A stretch of DNA of 64,000 nucleotides. It comes from Hyphomicrobium sp. (lineage in GTDB: Bacteria > Pseudomonadota > Alphaproteobacteria > Rhizobiales > Hyphomicrobiaceae). Below are positions 50,413 to 60,282 of this stretch, one piece after another. Below the pieces are notes generated by a model. The model was not told where the DNA came from and made no database searches. It saw nothing but the letters and a program-made list of their open reading frames with translations. The DNA lies in contig JALHQM010000003.1 in assembly GCA_022841965.1 (NCBI GenBank), positions 50,549-114,548 of the forward strand, written 5' to 3'. Both the position numbers and the translations under genes were made by a program. Positions within the stretch are counted from its first letter, which is position 1. Each line of letters starts with the position of its first letter.

Positions 50413-51287
50413 CACGCACCCTCACACGCGGAACGAAACTCGTCGTTGCGAGCCACAACAAAGGCAAGGTCTGGGAGATCAACCAGCTGATCGCGCCCTA
50501 TGGCCTGGAAGCTGTCTCCGCCGGCGCGTTGGGCCTAGAAGAACCCGAAGAAACCGAACCCACCTTCGAGGGCAACGCCAAACTCAAAGCGTTGGCCGCA
50601 GCCAAAGGCGCAAACCTCCCCGCCCTCGCCGATGATAGCGGCCTAGAGGTGGAATGCCTCGGTGGCGCGCCGGGCATCTTTTCCGCCCGCTGGGCCGGCC
50701 CGCAAAAAGATTTCGGCCTCGCGATGGAAAAAGTCGCCCACGAAATCACCGCGCGCCACGGCTGGGCGGCACCCGGTCCCCGCGCCAATTTCATCTCCGT
50801 CCTCTGCCTCGCTTGGCCCGATGGCGAGACGGCCACCTTCGAAGGCAGAGTTTTCGGCCGCCTCGTCTGGCCCACGCGCGGCGGCAATGGCTTCGGCTAC
50901 GATCCGATGTTCGTCCCCGACGGCCACGACCTCACCTTCGGCGAAATGGAGCCAGCCGGGAAGTACGCCATCTCCCACCGCACCCGCGCCTTCGATGCCT
51001 TCCGCAAAGCCGTCCTCGGCGACCTCTCCGCCGAACCCGTCCGACCCAACGCCGATCGCGACGCCGATGGCCTCCACGCCGCCGCCGCCAATATCTCGAC
51101 CCGGGAAGAACTCAAAACGTTCGTGAAATACCTGAGCGCGGATCTCGAGCGCCGTGGCCAGCCGCGCGTCAACCTCGGCACGCTCATGGTTGCCCTCGAA
51201 GACTCAGTCGGCGAAAAATCAGACGAACCCCGCTGGCGCACTCTGGCCAAGGCGCTCCTCGCCGCAACCGAGGCCAAACAGCCGTGA
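50409..51287 (+). CDS. rdgB: Non-canonical purine NTP pyrophosphatase RdgB/HAM1 with a ~85-aa C-terminal extension
   Basis: [15 protein letters not shown]...[21 protein letters not shown]...[12 protein letters not shown]...ISHR. GTG 50409 overlaps the DUF1772 stop. Confidence 0.85.
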   Translation: MTRTLTRGTKLVVASHNKGKVWEINQLIAPYGLEAVSAGALGLEEPEETEPTFEGNAKLKALAAAKGANLPALADDSGLEVECLGGAPGIFSARWAGPQKDFGLAMEKVAHEITARHGWAAPGPRANFISVLCLAWPDGETATFEGRVFGRLVWPTRGGNGFGYDPMFVPDGHDLTFGEMEPAGKYAISHRTRAFDAFRKAVLGDLSAEPVRPNADRDADGLHAAAANISTREELKTFVKYLSADLERRGQPRVNLGTLMVALEDSVGEKSDEPRWRTLAKALLAATEAKQP

Positions 51288-52594
51288 GTGCGCTCCCAGA
51301 GCGACCCGACGCGGACAAATTGTTCGGCGTCTACATCCACTGGCCGTTCTGCGCCCAGAAGTGCCCCTATTGCGATTTCAATAGCCACGTCCGCTTCGGC
51401 GGTTGGGACGAACCCCGCTTCCTCAACGCCTACCTCCGCGAACTCGACACCGTCAAAGCGCGCGTCGGCAACCAGGAAGTCTATTCGATCTTTTTCGGCG
51501 GTGGCACGCCTTCGCTCATGCAGCCGGCAACAGTTGCCGCCATCCTCGACCACATCGCCAAACTCTGGCCGGTCCAGCCAGGCGCCGAAATCACAATCGA
51601 AGCCAACCCCAACAGCGTCGAAGCCGACCGCTTCGCCGGTTATCGCACAGCCGGCGTCAATCGCGTCTCCATCGGCGTGCAAGCGCTGCGCGATGATGAG
51701 CTCAAGCGCCTCGGCCGCTTGCACTCGGTCACTGAGGCCCGCACCGCCATCGACATCGCGCGCCGCACCTTCGACCGCTTCACCTTCGATCTGATCTACG
51801 CCCGCCCCGGCCAAACGATCAATGCCTGGCGCACCGAGCTCGCCGAAGCGCTCTCCATGGGCAGCGAACATCTCTCGCTCTATCAACTGACCATCGAGCC
51901 CGACACGCCCTTCGCCGAACTCCACGCGCGCGGCAAACTGATCATCCCTGACTCAGATCGCGCCCTTGAACTCTACGCGCTCACCCAAGACATGACCGCC
52001 GCCGCCGGCCTTCCCGCATACGAAATCTCAAACCACGCCCGCCCCGGCCAAGAGAGCCGCCACAACCTGCTCTACTGGCGCTACGGCGCCTATGCCGGCA
52101 TCGGACCCGGCGCGCACGGCCGCCTCGTCCTACCCGATGGCAACCGCATCGCCACCGCCACTGAACGCAATCCCGAGCGCTGGGCCGAACAGGTCGAGAC
52201 CGCAGGCCACGGCTTCACCGAGGAAACAAAACTCTCACCCGACGAACAGGCCGACGAAATGCTGCTGATGGGGCTACGCCTCACTGAAGGCATCGATCTG
52301 GACGCGATGGCGCGCCGCTTCGGCTTCGCGCCTGCCGCTGCCGAGATCGCACACCTGCAAAAGATGAGCCTCATCGAAATCATGAATGCCGAACGGCCAG
52401 ACCCTGATCATATCCGCGCCTGCGTCGGCCCCGGCATATCCCCCGCCGCCGCGACGCCCTACACGCCCCGCCAACCCACGATCCGCGCCGTCGGCCAAGG
52501 CCGCTTCGTCCTCAACGAACTCGTCCGCCGCCTCTCACTCAAAACGGAGCCCGTCGCGGTGCCAATAAACACAACTGCAACACTTCGCACGTAG
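51284..52594 (+). CDS. hemW: Radical SAM family heme chaperone HemW (HemN-like, oxygen-independent coproporphyrinogen oxidase family)
   Basis: [21 protein letters not shown] is the CxxxCxxC motif, followed by an HemN_C-like region. GTG 51284 overlaps the rdgB stop (GTGA). Confidence 0.85.
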   Translation: MSALPERPDADKLFGVYIHWPFCAQKCPYCDFNSHVRFGGWDEPRFLNAYLRELDTVKARVGNQEVYSIFFGGGTPSLMQPATVAAILDHIAKLWPVQPGAEITIEANPNSVEADRFAGYRTAGVNRVSIGVQALRDDELKRLGRLHSVTEARTAIDIARRTFDRFTFDLIYARPGQTINAWRTELAEALSMGSEHLSLYQLTIEPDTPFAELHARGKLIIPDSDRALELYALTQDMTAAAGLPAYEISNHARPGQESRHNLLYWRYGAYAGIGPGAHGRLVLPDGNRIATATERNPERWAEQVETAGHGFTEETKLSPDEQADEMLLMGLRLTEGIDLDAMARRFGFAPAAAEIAHLQKMSLIEIMNAERPDPDHIRACVGPGISPAAATPYTPRQPTIRAVGQGRFVLNELVRRLSLKTEPVAVPINTTATLRT

Positions 52595-52628
52595 ACACGG
52601 CCTGCAACCCTCGATATTCAGCGCCTCG

Positions 52629-53210
52629 ATGATGAGATCTCTTTACGATTGGATGATGCGCCAAGCCGCCAGCGAACGCGCGCCCACGGCGTTGTTCTGG
52701 GTTTCCTTCATCGAAAGCTCAGTCTTCCCGATCCCGCCTGACGTCATGCTGATCCCGATGGCCATCGCCAATCGGCTCAAGGCCTGGTGGTATGCGACGG
52801 TGGCCACCATCGGCTCGGTGCTTGGCGGCTTACTCGGCTACGCGATCGGCTACTTCCTCTTCGATCTCGTCGGCCAACCGATCCTAGGCTTCTACGGTTA
52901 CGGCGAAAAGTTCACCGAATTCGCGGCGCAATATAACGAATACGGTGCCTGGATCGTCTTCATGGCTGGTCTGACACCGTTTCCGTTCAAGGTTATCACC
53001 ATCGCCAGCGGCACCACGTCCATGAATATCTTCGTGTTTGTGCTAGCCAGCATCGTTGGCCGCGCCTCGCGGTTCTTTGCTGTCGCAGCCCTCCTGTACT
53101 ACTTCGGCCAGCCGATCCGCGCATTCATCGAGCGCTATTTTGGCATCCTAACGGTGCTATTCTTCGTACTGCTCCTCGGAGGCTTTGCCGCCGTGAAGTT
53201 CCTGATTTAG
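52629..53210 (+). CDS. YqaA/DedA-superfamily membrane protein
   Basis: 193 aa. FIESSVFPIPPDVMLIPM motif and 4-5 TM helices. Confidence 0.75.
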   Translation: MMRSLYDWMMRQAASERAPTALFWVSFIESSVFPIPPDVMLIPMAIANRLKAWWYATVATIGSVLGGLLGYAIGYFLFDLVGQPILGFYGYGEKFTEFAAQYNEYGAWIVFMAGLTPFPFKVITIASGTTSMNIFVFVLASIVGRASRFFAVAALLYYFGQPIRAFIERYFGILTVLFFVLLLGGFAAVKFLI

Positions 53211-53239
53211 CGGGCAGCGATCCGCGCGAAGGTCAACCG

Positions 53240-53767
53240 ATGCTCGACACGAAGATCCGCCCTGACAATGCCGACGCCTATCGCCTGGGCGGGCTGGCAC
53301 TTATCATCGCCACCGGCATCATTCTGACCGCGCTGGGCTTCGAATACCTCGGTGGCTACGCGCCCTGCCCACTCTGCGTCATGCAGCGCTATGCCTTCTA
53401 CGCTGGCATTCCGCTGACCTTCCTCGCCATGGCTCTCGTCGCCGAACAACCGCGATTGGCAGCACTTCTCTTCTTCGCAGTCGCCCTTGCCTACCTCGCC
53501 AACGCCGGCCTCGCCACCTACCACGCCGGCGTCGAATGGCACTTTTGGCCCGGCCCCGACACCTGCGCGACGGCCCAAGCCCTCCCCACCAACGCAGCCG
53601 ATCTCCTCAAAGGTCTCGAAACCGCCCGCGTCGTCCGCTGCGATGAAGCCACGTGGCGCCTCTTTGGCCTCTCGTTCGCTGGCTGGAATGTCCTTATCTC
53701 TCTGGCGCTGTTCGCAATTTCACTCCAGGCCGCCTTCGCCGCCTCGTCACGCTATAAAAAAGTATAA
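53240..53767 (+). CDS. dsbB: Disulfide bond formation protein B family
   Basis: 175 aa with four TM helices, CPLCVMQRY in the first periplasmic loop, and a second Cys pair (C...C) in loop 2. Confidence 0.8.
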   Translation: MLDTKIRPDNADAYRLGGLALIIATGIILTALGFEYLGGYAPCPLCVMQRYAFYAGIPLTFLAMALVAEQPRLAALLFFAVALAYLANAGLATYHAGVEWHFWPGPDTCATAQALPTNAADLLKGLETARVVRCDEATWRLFGLSFAGWNVLISLALFAISLQAAFAASSRYKKV

Positions 53768-54020
53768 TCAGCACAGAGGCTTATAAAATGCTCGCAACGA
53801 TTTAAGCGAGCCCACCCCACCTATGCAGTGGGCGGAACTCTCCATGAACAGAATGCAAGCGAATTTCCTTGGATAGGACGAGCCTTCGCCATTTTTGCGC
53901 CTGAGTGTGGCAGTTAATTCACACCAAGCGCGGAACACAAACGGAACGCAGCGCCTTCGGGCAACGCCTCCAAAGAGTTCCAGAGCGGTGTGAAGGAGTG
54001 GTCGCGTATGGGGAACTTTG

Positions 54021-54575
54021 TTGCGTTCTCCCCCTCGTCTCCCAGGCAGGTCTTGTCGCGTTGTTTGCGTCCTGCCGGCGTCATGGAGATGAACCTGGCC
54101 AGTGATCCCGCGGATGTGTCTCCGCCAATTGGTCTCAGTAAGCGTTGCGTCCCTGTTGCGTCAGTTGCGTTTGTTGCGTCCCCAGTAGCGTCTGCGTTGC
54201 ACACCCCAAAGAGCGCGCTTCGTGGCGTGTTCCAATGTCTGAAGCGAGCGGTCTGGCGTGAAAAGTCCACGCGTCTGGCCAGACTGCTCCCCAGGAGACC
54301 ACTGCTCTCCAGGAGGCCAGTGTCCAAAGTTTCGCCTGCGATCCTCTTGAGTTTAGCGGACCGCAGTCATCTCGAAATCAGTGCCGAGCGTTCGCGTCCC
54401 AGTCCGCGAGTCAGTTGAGTTTTTGTAGCGTTGCGTACCCATCAGCGTCTGTCGCGTCAGTTGCGTCTAAAGTTGCGTGAGGAGTGCAATGCTCAAGTCC
54501 CCCGTTTCGCGTCCCTCTCTTGCGTCCCCCAAGTTGGTGTTGGTCGAAGCCCAGTGTGCGTCTGCGTCCCCGCCG
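54021..54575 (+). repeat. Same-orientation array of TTGCGT(C/CCC) hexamer repeats in non-coding DNA
   Basis: Exact TTGCGT starts at 54021, 54065, 54145, 54156, 54165, 54174, 54431, 54461, 54473 and 54520. Near-variants start at 54192, 54391, 54506, 54556 and 54562. Confidence 0.85.
54283..54318 (+). repeat. Imperfect 18-bp tandem duplication
   Basis: actgctccccaggagacc / actgctctccaggaggcc match at 16 of 18 positions. The repeat abuts the 12-bp palindrome gtctggccagac (54273-54284). Confidence 0.8.
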
Positions 54576-54887
54576 AGTGCATGGCGGCCCCTGTCGGACA
54601 TCGTGTCCGGCATCGTGCGTAATATTGAACCGAAGACGACAGTTGAAGGCCGCGAAAACGCTTTACCCCAAGCCGCGTAACGACCCCTCTGTGAAATTGC
54701 GGATCAAAACGATCTGGTTCCGCCACGAAACGGCAGGTGTATCGAGTGCAGGACCCGCAGTCCCCAACGGCACTGCATCACACAGTTCTGCGTAGTGGTG
54801 CCAACGGTACTCTTTGCACCTGCCACCCTTGTGTCTCGCGTACGTTCAGCGTCGCTGTAACCCAGTATCCCGATGGAGCAATCCCCT

Positions 54888-55115
54888 ATGGCCCACGTTT
54901 CCACCCCCGATCACGTCAATCCTGTTCAGTGGCAGCACGCCCAGGGCGTCGCCCGCCAGACGTGCGCCCGCTTCTTTCGTGATGGCGGCACACCGGCCGA
55001 AGCTCTGAAGGCTTTCGGCCTTTCGGCCGGCGAAATCTCGGGCCTCGATTGGAGCCGCGCCGTCGATACGATCGCGCACGATCTTTGCTCAGCCCCGCAA
55101 CGCCGCGCGGCTTGA
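54888..55115 (+). CDS. Small hypothetical protein (75 aa)
   Basis: GGAG lies 8 nt upstream of ATG 54888, and the ORF shows GC3-rich codon usage. I recognise no family. Confidence 0.4.
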   Translation: MAHVSTPDHVNPVQWQHAQGVARQTCARFFRDGGTPAEALKAFGLSAGEISGLDWSRAVDTIAHDLCSAPQRRAA

Positions 55116-55233
55116 TTTGCTGGCAGCCGATCCGCTGCCGGCAGCACACCATGACTTCGTCCCAATCGAACTTCGGCCCCGCTGCGCAAGCACGGGGTCA
55201 TTTTTTGCATGTCCAGATCGACACGCTGCGGAG

Positions 55234-55548
55234 CTACGGATGCTTCCGGCCCCAATCGCGCATCGCGCGGATAACCGGCCCGAGTTCGCGTCCCTTCTCG
55301 GTCAGCACATACTCGGCCCGCGGCGGATGCAGCTCATAGAACCGCCGTTCGACGATGCCGTTCTCCTCGAGCAATTTCAGCCGGTCGGAGAGCGTATTGG
55401 GCGGGATGCCCGCCAAAGAGTTCTGCAAGTCCTGATAGCGCCGCGACGGATTGAGCAGCAGATCGCGCATGATGAGCGCCGTCCACCGGCTTCCCACAAT
55501 TTTCGCCGCCCGCTCCACGGGGCAAATAATTTTTGATGCTTTTCTCAT
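55234..55548 (-). CDS. HxlR-family winged-helix transcriptional regulator
   Basis: CPVERAAKIVGSRWTALIMRDLL...RRYQDLQNSLAGIPPNTLSDRLKLLEENGIVERR is the HxlR signature. Confidence 0.85.
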   Translation of the reverse strand: MRKASKIICPVERAAKIVGSRWTALIMRDLLLNPSRRYQDLQNSLAGIPPNTLSDRLKLLEENGIVERRFYELHPPRAEYVLTEKGRELGPVIRAMRDWGRKHP

Positions 55549-55662
55549 GAGGCAAATTAAACGCTGAGATGTGTTGCGCAACACCAACATATGGACAAGT
55601 CACTATGAAAAACATAGTTTGCAATCGAGACCATTTCAAAACCTGCGTCTACGGAGCCGACG

Positions 55663-56052
55663 ATGACGATCACGCCCATCTACGCCGCCATTCTCGCGCT
55701 AATGTACGTGGCCTTGAGTGTCCGCGTCATCGGCGCGCGCCGCAGCGCCCGCGTGGCATTGGGGGACGGTGGCAACCCCATTCTTTTGCGCCGGCTGCGC
55801 GTTCACGCTAATTTCGCCGAATACGTTCCTCTGGCCCTCATCCTCATGCTGCTGGCTGAACAACAGTCGATGCCAACAGCAATCATCCACGCCATCGGCG
55901 CACTTTTGCTGACAGGCCGCGCCATCCACGCCGTTGGAGTGAGCCGTCATCCCGAACAGATCTGGCAGCGAGTGACGGGAATGGCGTTCACGTTTACAGC
56001 GCTGATCTGCGGCTCCACCGCAAACCTCGTCTACGCGCTGGGGCTCGTCTGA
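55663..56052 (+). CDS. MAPEG-family membrane protein (glutathione-transferase-like)
   Basis: 129 aa. ...R.HANFAEYVPLALILM...GR..H is the MAPEG pattern. It is divergent from the HxlR regulator gene. Confidence 0.8.
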   Translation: MTITPIYAAILALMYVALSVRVIGARRSARVALGDGGNPILLRRLRVHANFAEYVPLALILMLLAEQQSMPTAIIHAIGALLLTGRAIHAVGVSRHPEQIWQRVTGMAFTFTALICGSTANLVYALGLV

Positions 56053-56084
56053 CGGCGCCCACCCAGCCGCTGTCGGAACCGCCA

Positions 56085-56699
56085 CTACTCCTCGAGTTCC
56101 GTATCCCAATATAAATAGTCCATCCAACTCTCGTGCAGATAGTTGGGCGGGAACAGGCGGCCGTTGCGGTGAAGTTCGAAAACGGTGGGCCGGTAGGCCG
56201 GCTGCATCGGCTTCATGCCGGCGGCATGCAGCGATTGGCTGCCCTTCTTGAGATTGCAAGGCGCGCACGCAGTCAGCACGTTTTCCCACTTCGTCATCCC
56301 GCCGCGCGCGCGGGGCACCACATGGTCGAAGGTGAGGTCGTGCTTGTCGCCGCAGTATTGGCAGCTGAACCGGTCGCGCAGGAAAACATTGAACCGCGTG
56401 AAGGCGGGATAAAGCGCTGGCTTGACGTAGGTCTTGAGCGAGACGACGCTCGGCAGGCGGATTTCAAAGCTCGGACTTCGCACCATCGTGTCGTATTCGG
56501 AGACGATGTTGACGCGGTCCAAAAACACCGCCTTCACCGTCTCCTGCCAACTCCAGAGCGACAAAGGATAGTAGCTCAGAGGGCGGAAGTCGGCGTTAAG
56601 AACCAGGGCCGGACACGATGCCGGCAAGGCAGCATGAGCGTTCACGAGCTTTGCTTCCAGTCGGTTCGACATTCGAATCGGCTTATCAGGCCTCTTCAA
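56085..56699 (-). CDS. HNH endonuclease family protein
   Basis: CQYCGDKHDLTFDHVVPRARGGMTKWENVLTACAPCNLKKG is the HNH motif. The start could instead be the internal ATG 56672. Confidence 0.8.
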   Translation of the reverse strand: MKRPDKPIRMSNRLEAKLVNAHAALPASCPALVLNADFRPLSYYPLSLWSWQETVKAVFLDRVNIVSEYDTMVRSPSFEIRLPSVVSLKTYVKPALYPAFTRFNVFLRDRFSCQYCGDKHDLTFDHVVPRARGGMTKWENVLTACAPCNLKKGSQSLHAAGMKPMQPAYRPTVFELHRNGRLFPPNYLHESWMDYLYWDTELEE

Positions 56700-56902
56700 C
56701 GGGCGGGATACTAACCGCGCATGTCAGCGATGTGAAGCCTTGCGATGCCCCAGCGATCCCCGCGCACAAGTTTCTGCTGATGCTCACTTTTTTCAGAGCG
56801 AGGATGTTCTATGAGATCAAGCTCAGCCTCTGCCATGTGGCCACAAAGCGACGTGTCGCATCACCGCTTGCAACAATGAGCGGCCCCCGCGAGTATTGAG
56901 AT

Positions 56903-57445
56903 ATGACCTCGAAAAAAGCCAAGCCCGCGCCCGCCGACACGCCCGCAACCAAACGCCCCGCTCCCAAACCCATCGTCTCGACGGGCTATTGGCTCCTCAA
57001 ATCGGAGCCGGATGTCTTTTCGTGGGAGATGCTGAAAGCCAAAGGGGCCGCAGGCGAGCCGTGGACGGGCGTGCGCAATTACCTCGCTCGCAACAACATG
57101 CGCGCCATGAACCTGGGCGACCTCGCCTTCTTCTATCACTCCAACATCGGCCTTGAAATCGTGGGCATCTGCGAAGTTTGCGCACTCTCCCATCCCGATA
57201 CAACGACCGACGATCCGAAATGGGAGTGCGTGGATGTGCGCTGGGTGCGCGATATGCCCAAGTCCGTCCCGCTGCCGAACGTCAAAGCCAACCCAAAGCT
57301 CGCCAAAATGAGCCTCGTGACGTCGATGCGCCTCTCCGTTCAGCCCGTCACAGCCGAAGAGTGGCTCGAAGTCTGTAGGATGGGCGGACTGGATACGCAC
57401 GACCTTGGCACAAAAGGCCTCACCTCCATGAAACGCAAACGATGA
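56903..57445 (+). CDS. EVE (PUA-like) domain protein
   Basis: [16 protein letters not shown]...[26 protein letters not shown] is the EVE signature. Confidence 0.85.
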   Translation: MTSKKAKPAPADTPATKRPAPKPIVSTGYWLLKSEPDVFSWEMLKAKGAAGEPWTGVRNYLARNNMRAMNLGDLAFFYHSNIGLEIVGICEVCALSHPDTTTDDPKWECVDVRWVRDMPKSVPLPNVKANPKLAKMSLVTSMRLSVQPVTAEEWLEVCRMGGLDTHDLGTKGLTSMKRKR

Positions 57446-58110
57446 GTGCCGGCACCCGCGACGACTCCGGCTACCCCGCGTTCATCGCCGCCAACACCAC
57501 GTTGATCGCGCCACCGCACGTGCCCGAGATCAAGCTCTACCTCGCCGAAGAATCCGTGCCCATCTGGCAGAAGATGGAAGAAGAACTGGGCGAGATGAAC
57601 GTACCGCCGCCCTTTTGGGCCTTCGCCTGGGCGGGCGGTCAGGCTCTCGCCCGCTATCTGCTCGACAATCCGCACGAGGTCGCGGGGAAAATGGTCCTCG
57701 ATCTTGGCACCGGATCCGGCCTCACCGCCATCGCCGCCATGAAAGCTGGCGCCGCCTCCGTCCTCGCCGCCGACATCGACCCCATTGCGCTTGCCTCCGC
57801 TCATTTGAATGCAAACGCAAACGGGGTCGTGCTCGCGACGACGCAGCGCGACGTGCTGTCGGACGCGCCCGGCAACTTCGAAACCATTTTGGTCGGGGAT
57901 CTCTTCTACGAGCGCGATCTGGCCGAGCGAGTTCTGACCTACATCAGTTTAGCAAAATCGCGCGGCGCCCGCGTTCTCGTCGGCGACCCACAACGCAGCT
58001 ACTTTCCCAGCGAACTGTTCGTCTGCGTCGCATCATATGAGGTGCCGGTGACCCGCGAATTGGAAGACGCCCTGATCAAGAAGTCAGCCGTTTGGGCACT
58101 GAAACCATAA
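57442..58110 (+). CDS. Class I SAM-dependent methyltransferase, METTL20/ETF-beta lysine methyltransferase-like
   Basis: [41 protein letters not shown] and VGDLFYE closely track the METTL20 family as I recall it. There is an ATGA overlap with the EVE gene. Confidence 0.7.
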   Translation: MSAGTRDDSGYPAFIAANTTLIAPPHVPEIKLYLAEESVPIWQKMEEELGEMNVPPPFWAFAWAGGQALARYLLDNPHEVAGKMVLDLGTGSGLTAIAAMKAGAASVLAADIDPIALASAHLNANANGVVLATTQRDVLSDAPGNFETILVGDLFYERDLAERVLTYISLAKSRGARVLVGDPQRSYFPSELFVCVASYEVPVTRELEDALIKKSAVWALKP

Positions 58111-58259
58111 GCGCAGTTCACAGTCGGTGTTAACCTCCTGCCCCCGCATATTGCACCGCAATATGCGACGTTCCGGATCGTACCTTGTAACAGTTGTGCG
58201 CCGCCGCACGTCCCCGCATACTCGCACCAAATCAAAAAAGCACGTGGGAGGAGAGCACG

Positions 58260-60206
58260 ATGTCGGAGAAGGTGTACCCGGTCAAAGCCGACTGGGCGAA
58301 GAACGCGTGGATTGACGACGCCAAGTACCACGAACTCTATCAGCGCAGCGTCACCGATCCGCAGGGATTCTGGGGCGAGGCCGGCAAGCGTCTCGACTGG
58401 ATCAAGCCCTACACAAAGGTCAAGAACACCTCGTTCGATCCCAACAACGTGTCCATCAAGTGGTTCGAGGACGGCACGCTGAACGTGTCCGCCAACTGCA
58501 TCGATCGCCATCTCGCCACGCGCGGTGATCAGGTCGCCATCATCTGGGAAAGTGACGATCCAACCCTCGATGAAAAGATCACCTACAAGCAATTGCACGA
58601 GCGGGTCTGCCGCTTCGCCAATGTTTTGAAGGCGCACGGCGTCAAGAAGGGCGACCGCGTCACAATCTACCTTCCGATGATTCCCGAAGCAGCCTACGCG
58701 ATGCTTGCTTGCACGCGCATCGGCGCCGTTCATTCCATCGTCTTCGGTGGTTTCTCGCCCGACAGCTTGCGCAACCGCGTCGACGATGCCGAGAGCCGCG
58801 TCATCATCACCGCCGATGAAAGTATGCGCGGCGGCAAGTGCGTTCCTTTGAAGAAGAACGCCGATGTCGGCCTCGATGGCTGCCACCCCGACACCAAGCT
58901 GCTCGTCGTCCGCCGCACCGGCAATCCTATCAATTGGGTGCCCGGCCGCGATTTCTGGTTGCATGAGGAAACCGCCAAGGTCTCCGCCGATTGCCCGCCA
59001 GCGGAGATGAATGCGGAAGATCCGCTCTTCATCCTCTACACATCGGGCTCAACCGGTAAGCCGAAGGGCGTCGTCCACTCCACCGCCGGCTACCTCCTCC
59101 ACGCCTCGATGACGCATCAGTACGTGTTCGACTACCACGACGGCGACATCTACTGGTGCACCGCCGACGTCGGCTGGGTTACAGGCCACAGCTACATCGT
59201 TTACGGACCGCTCGCCAATGGCGGCACAACGCTGATGTTCGAAGGCATCCCGACGTATCCGACTGCCTCGCGCTTCTGGGATGTGGTCGACAAGTGGAAG
59301 GTCAACATCTTCTACACAGCCCCCACCGCGATCCGCTCGCTGATGGGCCAAGGCGACGACGTCGTGAAGCGCTCAAGCCGCGCCTCATTGCGCATCCTAG
59401 GTTCCGTCGGCGAACCCATCAATCCCGAAGCTTGGGAGTGGTACTATCACACCGTCGGCGAAGGCCGCTGTCCGATCGTCGACACGTGGTGGCAAACGGA
59501 GACCGGCGGCATCCTCATCACCCCGCTGCCCGGCGCCACGGCCCTGAAGCCCGGTTCCGCCACGCGTCCGTTTTTCGGCGTCCAGCCCGCCCTCGTTGAT
59601 GACAAGGGCACGGTTCTCGACGGCGCCGGCAACGGCAATCTCGTCATCATCGATAGCTGGCCCGGCCAGAGCCGCACCATCTACGGCGATCACGAGCGCT
59701 TCGTGCAGACGTACTTCTCAGCCTACCCCGGCACCTACTTCACCGGTGACGGCTGCCGCCGCGACGAAGACGGCTATTACTGGATCACCGGCCGGGTCGA
59801 TGACGTGATCAACGTCTCCGGCCACCGCATGGGTACGGCCGAAGTCGAAAGCGCACTCGTGGCCCATCCCAAGGTCGCCGAAGCGGCCGTCGTCGGCTAC
59901 CCGCACGATCTCAAGGGCCAGGGGATCTACTGCTACGTGACGCTGAACAACGGTATAGAACCGTCCGATGCGTTGAAGAAGGAACTCGTGGCCCACGTCC
60001 GCCGCGAAATTGGACCCATCGCCTCGCCCGACCTGATCCAGTTCTCACCGGGCCTGCCCAAGACCCGCTCCGGAAAGATCATGCGCCGCATTCTGCGCAA
60101 GATCGCTGAAGACGAATTCGGCAGCCTCGGCGACACCTCGACCCTCGCTGATCCGGGCGTGGTGGATGATCTGATCGAAAACCGCCAGAACAAGCGCGCC
60201 AGCTAA
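58260..60206 (+). CDS. acs: Acetyl-CoA synthetase
   Basis: MSEKVYPV..., [26 protein letters not shown], and a C-terminal [22 protein letters not shown]. Confidence 0.95.
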   Translation: MSEKVYPVKADWAKNAWIDDAKYHELYQRSVTDPQGFWGEAGKRLDWIKPYTKVKNTSFDPNNVSIKWFEDGTLNVSANCIDRHLATRGDQVAIIWESDDPTLDEKITYKQLHERVCRFANVLKAHGVKKGDRVTIYLPMIPEAAYAMLACTRIGAVHSIVFGGFSPDSLRNRVDDAESRVIITADESMRGGKCVPLKKNADVGLDGCHPDTKLLVVRRTGNPINWVPGRDFWLHEETAKVSADCPPAEMNAEDPLFILYTSGSTGKPKGVVHSTAGYLLHASMTHQYVFDYHDGDIYWCTADVGWVTGHSYIVYGPLANGGTTLMFEGIPTYPTASRFWDVVDKWKVNIFYTAPTAIRSLMGQGDDVVKRSSRASLRILGSVGEPINPEAWEWYYHTVGEGRCPIVDTWWQTETGGILITPLPGATALKPGSATRPFFGVQPALVDDKGTVLDGAGNGNLVIIDSWPGQSRTIYGDHERFVQTYFSAYPGTYFTGDGCRRDEDGYYWITGRVDDVINVSGHRMGTAEVESALVAHPKVAEAAVVGYPHDLKGQGIYCYVTLNNGIEPSDALKKELVAHVRREIGPIASPDLIQFSPGLPKTRSGKIMRRILRKIAEDEFGSLGDTSTLADPGVVDDLIENRQNKRAS

Positions 60207-60228
60207 GCGGCATAGTCACCACGCAACA

Positions 60229-60259
60229 ACGGGCGGATGGAGTTTATCCATCCGCCCGT
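60229..60259. terminator. Hairpin between convergent acs and the TadG-like gene
   Basis: 13-bp stem acgggcggatgga / tccatccgcccgt with a 5-nt loop. The T-tract is weak. Confidence 0.5.
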
Positions 60260-60282
60260 CCTGATTTCCGGCCGCTCGACGA

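Noticed and set aside
53914-54327. 137-aa minus-strand ORF and 142-aa plus-strand ORF (53990-54418) across the repeat region
   Set aside because: The apparent peptide repeats (DATGDATNATDATG; VASVAFVASPVAS) are simply translations of the TTGCGT DNA repeats. There is no RBS or family resemblance, so the region is treated as non-coding.
56085-57445. HNH + EVE as a modification-dependent restriction or defence system
   Set aside because: The genes are divergent rather than fused or co-oriented. Standalone EVE and this ~200-aa HNH protein appear to me to be widely conserved housekeeping genes in alphaproteobacteria. There is no specificity subunit, helicase or island context. It is kept only as a low-interest note under the EVE-KMT finding.
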